Program-made: the position numbers and the translations under genes
DNA from: Candidatus Saccharimonadota bacterium
GTDB taxonomy: Bacteria; Patescibacteriota; Saccharimonadia; Saccharimonadales; Saccharimonadaceae
Reading direction: 5' to 3'
DNA length: 32,000 nucleotides
Assembly (NCBI GenBank): GCA_001029695.1
Contig: CP011211.1
Location: forward strand, 390,001 to 422,000
Notes under the pieces: generated by a model
The model's input: only the letters and a program-made list of their open reading frames with translations
What the model was told of the DNA's origin: nothing
Databases searched by the model: none
In this document: positions 16,353 to 23,348 of the stretch, piece after piece
Layout of the letters: every line of letters starts with the position of its first letter
How positions within the stretch are numbered: the first letter of the stretch is position 1

Positions 16353-18058
16353 TCGCACTAACGCTTATCATTGCTGTTCTACTGTCAATCCTGACAGTAC
16401 TCAGTATTCGGGGCGTCGCAGCCCGTGATGAAAACGGTAACAAAATTACCGTACACTCTGGTGCAACAAGCTTTACCGAAAGTGGTGAAGTTGCCAGTAA
16501 GTCTACGGGAAAGACCCTCCGCATCCCTCAGCCGATTGGACTACTCGCCTTTACGGCAGCAGCCCTTCTATGGGGAGCGGTCTACGGTCTGACTTACCCG
16601 CCGCTCGTATGGGCTGGCTACTTGCTCGTACTATTCATATGCGTAGCAATAGTCGTGTCCAACCCTTCGAAGCGAAAGACGGCCAACACCGGGATCGTAC
16701 TCATCGGAATCGTGACAATTGCCATGGTCTCGGTGATTATAGGGAGTACCGACAGCACTACCTCCGCAGCCTTTGCTCCGTCTTTTGACGGTAAAACGGT
16801 TCAGCTTTCAAGCGGTTTGTATGTTCCACTGCCTACCAGCAACGGAACCTCGACAACCGACTGCAAGCTTGTGGACATGAGTACCAATACGTCGTCGAAT
16901 TTCATCGAAGACGGATTGACCGGTACAACAGAACACATGGTTCAGCAGGTACTCGACAATGTCGAACGCTTGCCATTCCAGCTCTCGACTACACTCGTGA
17001 AGTTGGGTGAATGGGACAACGTCAACAACGTTGGACCGTTTGTCTACACCAACGAAGAAGGTCGACTTTGCCTCTCCAAGGAGGGCGAAGAAGGTGTCGT
17101 AAAGGTAAAGGCTCATTACGATGGCGCCGATATCTCGATCGAAACCATGAGCGAAAAGGTCGCCCTTGCAAGCTACACCACCGGATACAACGAATCTGGT
17201 GTTACCAGCTCACAGGGTATCGCTGCCAACAACCGTCAGATTCTCACTGTTCGCAAGAATGGTAAGGTTGACGAAAAGCAGCTCGCCTGCGCCAATACGC
17301 CGTTCCAAGGTAGCGCACCTGCTCCGCAGGGCCACACCAACGAACAGCCTCCGCGCAAGCCTCCGGCCCCACCAAAGCCGCCCAAGACGACACCTCCAGT
17401 GCCGCCGAAGACGACGACTGTTCCGCCGACGACCACGACTACCGTGCCGCCGACGACAACAACGACGCCGCCGCCCGTCTGCCCATGGAATCCGGAACTG
17501 CCCCCAGGGCATCCGGATTGCTTGAAGCCGAAGGATCCCGACGACACTCGTCCGACTGATGAACATCAGTCAGGTGGTCACACGACGACAGGACCGGAAG
17601 AAACGGTATTGCCAACTGAGGCAAATCCGATTGATCCGGAGATTGAACCGGGTACAGAACCTGAGATTCAGGCTCCCGGCGCGACTCAGCCAGAGACGCC
17701 CCTACCGATTCAACCCACTGAAGCACCCGTAGCTGGTGGCGAGGATTCTCCTAACACGGAGACAATCCCCGACCCCGACTATGTGCCCGCTCCAGTTGCA
17801 CCTGCCGCAGTTCCAGAACCTGCCTACACCCCTGCACCCGCAGAGGCGCCAGCAGCTTCCAGTGGCGAAGATACCCTACCCGCTTCCGAGCCCGTAGCTT
17901 CGTCTGATGCAGACATAGTTCCCATGGCGAAAGTCATTCGAAACTATGACGATACGCAGTCTACAAACAGTGCACTTGCTCTGCTCGGTGGAATCGCCGC
18001 TTTGGCGATCCTCATCGCAGCTCCGGCAGCTGTTCGTAGATTTCAGCATCACCAGTAA
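16349..18058 (+). CDS. hypothetical membrane protein, 569 aa: 4 N-terminal TM segments, an extracytoplasmic domain, a Pro/Thr linker, an acidic Pro-rich tail and a C-terminal TM anchor with a basic tail
   Basis: Hydrophobic stretches at about aa 2-20, 63-83, 86-104, 115-133 and 540-560. The linker reads PPKPPKTTPPVPPKTTTVPPTTTTTVPPTTTTTPPP. The end reads ALALLGGIAALAILIAAPAAVRRFQHHQ. GC content is noticeably higher than in neighbouring genes. Confidence 0.7.
   Translation: MIALTLIIAVLLSILTVLSIRGVAARDENGNKITVHSGATSFTESGEVASKSTGKTLRIPQPIGLLAFTAAALLWGAVYGLTYPPLVWAGYLLVLFICVAIVVSNPSKRKTANTGIVLIGIVTIAMVSVIIGSTDSTTSAAFAPSFDGKTVQLSSGLYVPLPTSNGTSTTDCKLVDMSTNTSSNFIEDGLTGTTEHMVQQVLDNVERLPFQLSTTLVKLGEWDNVNNVGPFVYTNEEGRLCLSKEGEEGVVKVKAHYDGADISIETMSEKVALASYTTGYNESGVTSSQGIAANNRQILTVRKNGKVDEKQLACANTPFQGSAPAPQGHTNEQPPRKPPAPPKPPKTTPPVPPKTTTVPPTTTTTVPPTTTTTPPPVCPWNPELPPGHPDCLKPKDPDDTRPTDEHQSGGHTTTGPEETVLPTEANPIDPEIEPGTEPEIQAPGATQPETPLPIQPTEAPVAGGEDSPNTETIPDPDYVPAPVAPAAVPEPAYTPAPAEAPAASSGEDTLPASEPVASSDADIVPMAKVIRNYDDTQSTNSALALLGGIAALAILIAAPAAVRRFQHHQ
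17399..17476 (+). repeat. imperfect tandem repeat (21-24 nt units, GTnCCGCCGAmGACnACnAC) encoding the VPP(K/T)TTT(T) linker
   Basis: Units at 17399-17419, 17420-17443 and 17444-17467, followed by CCGCCGCCC. Confidence 0.8.
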
Positions 18059-18074
18059 GTCACACCGTTGAGGT

Positions 18075-18111
18075 CGTGACGCCTCGTAGCAACCAGCCAC
18101 GAGGCGTCACG
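18075..18111 (+). terminator. GC-rich 13-bp perfect hairpin after the membrane-protein gene, with no U-tract
   Basis: CGTGACGCCTCGT / ACGAGGCGTCACG with an 11-nt loop, starting 17 nt after the stop. It is followed by CTTCACGG, so a role as an intrinsic terminator is uncertain. Confidence 0.45.
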
Positions 18112-18285
18112 CTTCACGGTGCAGTAGTAAGTAGTATACAAAAAACAGGGAGCTTTTCTCCTGCTTGAGTTTCACTACTCGCAGTTAGACGAATAGCTCC
18201 CTGCTATTCCATGTTTTGTAATGATCTGATTTGACGAACTACTCGTACGTTAACAACTTAACCATCAGCATTCTTTAAAATAAAG

Positions 18286-18314
18286 TTTACTTTTATATAA
18301 ATTTGTTATATAAT
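18286..18314 (+). promoter_or_regulatory. sigma70-type promoter of the LPXTG surface-protein gene
   Basis: TTTACT (18286-18291), a 17-nt spacer, then TATAAT (18309-18314). Downstream SD AAAGGAG (18353-18359) lies 6 nt before ATG 18366. Confidence 0.6.
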
Positions 18315-18365
18315 CTAATTAAATCCAATAAATCTGGCTCGTGGAGTGCCAGAAAGGAGTTCGTA

Positions 18366-19820
18366 ATGAAAAATATCATCACCGCACTTAAGCGGTCACC
18401 AAAGCGCGCAGCTAGCCTTTTGGTTGTTGCGTTTGCCGTCATGATCCCAGCAGGTCTACTTGCATGGGGTCCAGCGGATCGTCCAACTTATACATTTGAG
18501 AAGCCTGCTGACCATGTCACATTCAACTCAATCACAAACAACCCAAGCCATGGAGACGAGCGTAATTTTGTTCAGATCCGTGACACAAGCACAAATGCAA
18601 AGTTTGGCGAAGAGGTTGCACTAACACCAGGCAAAGAATACGAAGTATATGTATTCTTCCACAATAACGCAGCAAGCAATCTAAATGATGCCGAGCACAA
18701 CTACAAAGGTGTTGCACAAAATGCAACTATGCGAGTACAAATGCCCGGATCTGTAAAAGCAGGCGAAAAAGCACGCTTTACAGGAATCGTCGGAGCAGAT
18801 AACGCGCAACCTAAAGAAGTATGGGACGAAGCATACGGCACAAGTGCAAGTAATGTAGCACTTCGTTATGTACCTGATTCTGCAACAATCTACAGCAATG
18901 GCGCCGTAGACGGACAGAAGCTACCTAGTACACTTCTTACAAGCGGTACAAAGCTTGGATTCAACGCGCTTGACGGTAAACTACCCGGCTGTAATGAGTT
19001 TGCAGGATGGGTAAAATATCGATTTGTTGTTGATCAACCAAACTTTAGTGTCGAAAAGACTGTTTCAGCAGTAGGAAAAAATGCATTTGCAAAATCAGTT
19101 AATGCAAAAGCAGGCGAGCAAGTTGAATACAAAATCCAGTACAAGAATACTGGCACTACTCAACAAAACGACGTCATGATCAAAGATACGCTTCCAAAAG
19201 GTATCTCATACGTTCCAGGTACAACGTATGCTGCAACTGGAAAAAGCAACGGCCAGTACGAAAAGATTAGCGATAACGTTACAACTAGCGGCGTCAACCT
19301 AGGTTCATTCGCACCAAATGCAAATGCATATGTTAAATTTACCGCAAAGGTAACCGACAACAACAGTCTTGAAAACTGTGGTACTAACACTCTCGTCAAC
19401 AAGGCAACTGCTCAGACAAATAACGGCAGCAAAGACGACACCGCTAACGTCGTCGTTAGCAACGACTGCGCACCAGGCAACATCAGCGTCTGTGACCTTT
19501 CTACTAACAAGATCGTTACTATTAACGAAAAAGACTTTGATAGTAAAAAGCACTCAAAGAACCTTGCTGATTGTGCAGAGAAGTGCCCGATCCCTGGAAA
19601 AGAACACCTTCCAAAGAATAGTCCTGACTGTGCATACTGCCCAGTTCCAGGCAAAGAGCACCTCTCAAAGGACAGCAGCGATTGTAACGAAACTCCAGTT
19701 GAGCTGCCACAAACCGGTATCTCAGGTGGTGCAACAATCGCCGGCATCGGCCTTGTAACTGCTGGCCTCGGCTACGCACTATCAAGCCGTCGTATCCGCG
19801 ACATGCTTATTGGACAATAG
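18366..19820 (+). CDS. LPXTG-anchored surface protein with a DUF11-type conserved repeat domain and a Cys-rich stalk
   Basis: Start at ATG 18366 with a strong SD. Signal-peptide-like segment KRAASLLVVAFAVMIPAGLLAWG. DUF11-like segment FSVEKTVSA...GEQVEYKIQYKNTGTTQQNDVMIKDTLPKGISYVPGT. C-terminal sorting signal LPQTG plus hydrophobic stretch plus RRIRD. Confidence 0.85.
   Translation: MKNIITALKRSPKRAASLLVVAFAVMIPAGLLAWGPADRPTYTFEKPADHVTFNSITNNPSHGDERNFVQIRDTSTNAKFGEEVALTPGKEYEVYVFFHNNAASNLNDAEHNYKGVAQNATMRVQMPGSVKAGEKARFTGIVGADNAQPKEVWDEAYGTSASNVALRYVPDSATIYSNGAVDGQKLPSTLLTSGTKLGFNALDGKLPGCNEFAGWVKYRFVVDQPNFSVEKTVSAVGKNAFAKSVNAKAGEQVEYKIQYKNTGTTQQNDVMIKDTLPKGISYVPGTTYAATGKSNGQYEKISDNVTTSGVNLGSFAPNANAYVKFTAKVTDNNSLENCGTNTLVNKATAQTNNGSKDDTANVVVSNDCAPGNISVCDLSTNKIVTINEKDFDSKKHSKNLADCAEKCPIPGKEHLPKNSPDCAYCPVPGKEHLSKDSSDCNETPVELPQTGISGGATIAGIGLVTAGLGYALSSRRIRDMLIGQ
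19584..19685 (+). repeat. two copies (54-nt period) of the motif CP(I/V)PGKEHL(P/S)K(N/D)S(P/S)DC in the stalk preceding LPQTG
   Basis: Copy 1 at 19584-19631 and copy 2 at 19638-19685. The peptide is conserved while many codons differ synonymously. Confidence 0.8.
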
Positions 19821-19869
19821 AAAAACGAGTCTGACCGCTCTTCTAACGAAGCACCAGCCTCGTACTCGA

Positions 19870-19899
19870 CAACCCCTGTAGATTTACAGGGGTTGTTTT
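19870..19899 (+). terminator. intrinsic terminator of the surface-protein gene
   Basis: CAACCCCTGTA-GATT-TACAGGGGTTG followed by TTTTG. Confidence 0.8.
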
Positions 19900-19901
19900 G
19901 C

Positions 19902-19907
19902 TATAAT
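19902..19907 (+). promoter_or_regulatory. -10 box TATAAT 9 nt upstream of ATG 19917 (leaderless or very short leader)
   Basis: Sequence gcTATAATagctatactATG, with no SD. Confidence 0.4.
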
Positions 19908-19916
19908 AGCTATACT

Positions 19917-20141
19917 ATGGCAAAGCAGAAAAAGAAACGAACTAAAGTATATAGCGGCGCAGATGCAGCAACTTCTCGTCCAACAATCACCCGTGTTCAA
20001 GCAGCGAATCGCAACAAAGTATCACAATGGTGGTTTGACCATAAGCGTATCGCTAAACCAGTCGCAATAGCGGCGATTATACTCCTCGTCATAATCATCG
20101 TTATCGTCGAGGTCGTTCGTCTGGCGACTGGCTCGGCGTAG
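19917..20141 (+). CDS. small basic membrane protein, 74 aa
   Basis: MAKQKKKRTKVYSG... followed by a TM segment (PVAIAAIILLVIIIVIVEVV). I chose ATG 19917 over the ORF-track TTG at 19893. The 3' end overlaps the convergent kinase gene by 41 nt. Confidence 0.5.
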   Translation: MAKQKKKRTKVYSGADAATSRPTITRVQAANRNKVSQWWFDHKRIAKPVAIAAIILLVIIIVIVEVVRLATGSA

Positions 20142-22326
20142 GAAAACTTGGCACTCTAAATCCAAAAGAACTGCCCGTCTCATCTTCAGCTTTAAATATC
20201 ATCGCACCCTTATGTGCGGTGATTACTTTTTTCGCGAGGAACAATCCTACGCCAGTACCATCAGGTCGCTGCTTGCGTGCGTTGGTTGCACGGAAGAATT
20301 TACTAAATAATCTCTCCTGCTCCTCAAGAGGTACGCCGATACCCTGATCCTTTACGAGGACGATCGCCTCATCATCGGTATATTCAAGCGAAACACTGAT
20401 CGTACTGCCACTGGGTGAATAATAAATAGCATTATCAATAAAGTTCATCACAACCTGTCCCACTTTTGACCGATCAATCTCCGTCTCGCGCCGAGCTACC
20501 GGCCCACTATAGACAAGTGTTTGCCCGTGGGCTTCGGCAAGCGCTCGAAGTGTATTTACCTCAGACCTCATCATTACATCCAAATCGACAGGATGAGCAT
20601 CGATGATAAACTTGCCCGTCTGTAGCCTTGATACCGATAAAAAGTCAGCGATAAGACGCACCATACGCTCACTACTTTCAAATGCCTCGCCAAGTAGATG
20701 GCGTTGTGTATCATTAATCTTTCCGGCATCCCCTTCCATCACCATACTCACGTAGCCTTTAATGCTCGTCAAAGGAGTACGAAGCTGATGTGATGCCATG
20801 CTTACAAATTCATCCTTCGCCTGGTCAAGCTTCTGAAGCTCTCGATTCGTAGCTCGTAGTCGAGTCGTTGCGACCGACACTTCATGCTTAAGCGTATCGT
20901 TAAATAATTTAATCTCCTCGTAGCGCAAGCTATTCTGAATCGCAAGCGCTAGCTCATCACTCATCATGCCGAGGAATCGAGTATCCTTCTCATCATAGCG
21001 TCGTCCACTTTTACGGTCACCGATAAAGATCGCTCCGATTCGCTCGTGCTGGACAAGCAGTTGCACAATCATAGCTGCATCAACATCCTCGATATACTGC
21101 TGCATATCATTGTCACCCATCGATGACACCCTATGTCCGTTCACCACTTGAGGCAGCTGATCGAGTAGATTTGCCACGACATCAAGCTGCATTGAACGCT
21201 GCTTGTGGGAAATCTTTCCAGGACCATGACCAAAATAACGAAGTTGACCATTATTGTCTGCCACATACACCGAGGTATATTCTGGCTCAAGCGCATCGTG
21301 AACAATATTGAGCGTCTTACGCACCAGGCGGCCAAGCTCGATCTCTTCAGACATGACATCTCCCACCTGCTGGAGTGTCTTGCTTGAGCTATAGTCATTC
21401 TGATAAAACAACCGATGAGTCAGCTGGTCAAAAAATCGCTTTACCGGTATATACGTCAGGGTCAACAAAAGCGCCACGACCACATACACCGCAGCATAGA
21501 CGTTATCAATGACCCGTCCGACAAAAAATAACTGTGTAATACCGAATATCGTCACGCTATAAATTACCGCAAGCGCACCAAGTAACAGTACATACGCCAT
21601 ACTCCTTGCGAGAGCTGCACGTAGATCAAACAACCCCTGCTGGATAATTGCATAAAATACTGAGATAACAAACAATACCGTAAATGGTGGTCCAGCCCAT
21701 ATCAGCTGATAGTTACCGAGTAGTGGGAGAAGCAGATTAAATAACGCCCCAAAAAATATAGCGACAACCACGCCTACGCACACCGTTCGCAGCTGATGTC
21801 GCAGATGAGCCTGATTGTGTCGCTTCGTCTGGCCATAGCTATACATAAACAACGACGTCGCGATAACCACATACACGACAAAGTATGCGACATAGATTCC
21901 ATATCCTAGAAGATTAAGTGTCGCCGTATTACCAGCCTGCCTATCAAGTGTCACCCCTTCGAGTAGCCCCCATGGAGCCACCGATACCACTATCGCTACA
22001 ATAAGACCAAGCAGAAGCATTGGCTGCACAAATGGCTTTATTTTTCGTCGATATGGAAAGCAAAGTGCAAGCTGTACAAGAAAATAAACGATCAAGGCGG
22101 CAATAACATAATACGAGTGAACAACGATACGCGCTATCGCCTCACTATACTGGAGTGAGAGGAACAAAGAGACGCCAACTCCCCAAAATCCTGCACATAT
22201 TGCAAGTAACGCGATCCACAGAGGTGATCGTTCCTGATGTTTCGAAGTAAGGACGACTCCGGCAAGTGCGAAGTTCGTCAATGCAATGCTAAACGACACC
22301 ACCAATGTTATCAATTGCAGATCCAT
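20101..22326 (-). CDS. sensor histidine kinase (multi-TM N-terminal sensor + GAF-like + HisKA + HATPase_c), paralog 1
   Basis: About 8 hydrophobic segments in the first ~300 aa. H-box SMASHQLRTPLTSIKGY, N-box MNFIDNAIYYS, G1 DQGIGVP, F-box/G2 FFRATNARKQRPDGTGVGLFLAKK. Confidence 0.9.
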   Translation of the reverse strand: MDLQLITLVVSFSIALTNFALAGVVLTSKHQERSPLWIALLAICAGFWGVGVSLFLSLQYSEAIARIVVHSYYVIAALIVYFLVQLALCFPYRRKIKPFVQPMLLLGLIVAIVVSVAPWGLLEGVTLDRQAGNTATLNLLGYGIYVAYFVVYVVIATSLFMYSYGQTKRHNQAHLRHQLRTVCVGVVVAIFFGALFNLLLPLLGNYQLIWAGPPFTVLFVISVFYAIIQQGLFDLRAALARSMAYVLLLGALAVIYSVTIFGITQLFFVGRVIDNVYAAVYVVVALLLTLTYIPVKRFFDQLTHRLFYQNDYSSSKTLQQVGDVMSEEIELGRLVRKTLNIVHDALEPEYTSVYVADNNGQLRYFGHGPGKISHKQRSMQLDVVANLLDQLPQVVNGHRVSSMGDNDMQQYIEDVDAAMIVQLLVQHERIGAIFIGDRKSGRRYDEKDTRFLGMMSDELALAIQNSLRYEEIKLFNDTLKHEVSVATTRLRATNRELQKLDQAKDEFVSMASHQLRTPLTSIKGYVSMVMEGDAGKINDTQRHLLGEAFESSERMVRLIADFLSVSRLQTGKFIIDAHPVDLDVMMRSEVNTLRALAEAHGQTLVYSGPVARRETEIDRSKVGQVVMNFIDNAIYYSPSGSTISVSLEYTDDEAIVLVKDQGIGVPLEEQERLFSKFFRATNARKQRPDGTGVGLFLAKKVITAHKGAMIFKAEDETGSSFGFRVPSFPTPSQSPDERPRR

Positions 22327-22360
22327 TCTTTTCCAGTATACTGCTTTTGCTTTGATTCAT

Positions 22361-23338
22361 CTATGCACGAATGCAATAAACTGCGTATACATTGTCATCC
22401 GGCAAAAGAATCGTTAGTTGGTTTGGCCCGAACCCAGCTTTCTCAATAAGATCTTTAACCTGATCAGATGTTCTTGGCAACACCCCCGGCCAACCAAGCC
22501 CCCTCTTATGAACCTGAAGCTGCGGGTGATCAGCATGCATATTTGAAAACACAAACGAACCGTCTTTTGGCATCGTTTCACGTATCTTTCTCAGCATCTC
22601 CACCGCCTCGCCCTCGTCAAGGTACTCAAAAAGCCCCATAGCCTCGATGATCTGCGGCTGAGCATCTACGACAAGTGCCTCGAGCACGCCTGGTCGCTTA
22701 AGGTCATGTTCGATCAAATGCACGCTGCTCTTTGCTATACCATACTCATGCGCAAGTTCATCTGCAAGCGCCAACGCGTTTTTGTCGATGTCACATAAAT
22801 AAAAATTCTTCTCACCATCAAACAGTCGCGCAGCATCAAACGTCGGCTGCCCACTGCCACATGCAATGCTCATCCAGCGAAGCTTTGCCTCGTCTTTATA
22901 GATACCCTGGAGGTACCATGACATCGCATAGGCACGCGATCGTAGACCTATAGCGTCACTCGAATGACGAAATAGATTACGGGTTATATAGTCAATCTTT
23001 TTTCCACTACGAAGCTTCTTTCGATCTGGGTTGTGCACATGAAATGTAGCAAACCCTCCAGGCATATACGCCGCCCATGCTCGCAGTGCTGGTGGCACAT
23101 AGATGATCTTGCGAATATGATTTTTGGGATGCTCAAAATCAAGATGGGGGCGCTTACGCAAGTACGCCTCCATAGCGCGAGTAAATAACGCAAACGTTTT
23201 TCGCTCCAGTAGATGTCGTTTTGTACTAAATCGGTCACTTGCATGAAGACGAATAGTCATGACTTCACCATTCAATGTTTCATCTAAAACTCGCAAGCTA
23301 AATTGATCACTCGTAAAATCTGCTGGCTTTTTGCTCAT
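22361..23338 (-). CDS. class I SAM-dependent methyltransferase with a ~150-aa N-terminal extension
   Basis: Motif I-like WMSIACGSGQPT, an acidic motif II residue in YLCDID, and post-I/III features (IIEAMGLFEYL). There is a 10-nt gap after the upstream kinase stop, with AAAGG 5 nt before the ATG. Confidence 0.75.
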   Translation of the reverse strand: MSKKPADFTSDQFSLRVLDETLNGEVMTIRLHASDRFSTKRHLLERKTFALFTRAMEAYLRKRPHLDFEHPKNHIRKIIYVPPALRAWAAYMPGGFATFHVHNPDRKKLRSGKKIDYITRNLFRHSSDAIGLRSRAYAMSWYLQGIYKDEAKLRWMSIACGSGQPTFDAARLFDGEKNFYLCDIDKNALALADELAHEYGIAKSSVHLIEHDLKRPGVLEALVVDAQPQIIEAMGLFEYLDEGEAVEMLRKIRETMPKDGSFVFSNMHADHPQLQVHKRGLGWPGVLPRTSDQVKDLIEKAGFGPNQLTILLPDDNVYAVYCIRA

Positions 23339-23348
23339 GAGAACCTTT

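Noticed and set aside
17399-17476. Tandem 21-24-nt repeat considered as a CRISPR array or satellite
   Set aside because: The units are contiguous with no spacers, in frame, and inside a coding region encoding VPPTTTTT. It is a protein linker repeat, not a CRISPR array.
17166-17566. Arg-rich or Gly/Val-rich alternative-frame ORFs (17166-17525 +, 17210-17566 -, 17236-17547 -)
   Set aside because: These are frame-shifted and antisense readings of the GC-rich Pro/Thr-linker repeat. Such low-complexity sequence keeps several frames open.
14405-18146. Possible att-like direct repeat AGTATA(G)CAAAAAA at 14405-14419 and 18133-18146 flanking the insert
   Set aside because: It is only 13/14 nt with an indel, AT-rich and therefore plausible by chance. 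No integrase or recombinase is present, and it lies on the 5' rather than the 3' side of the tRNA. I mention it as weak context only and do not call it a mobile element.
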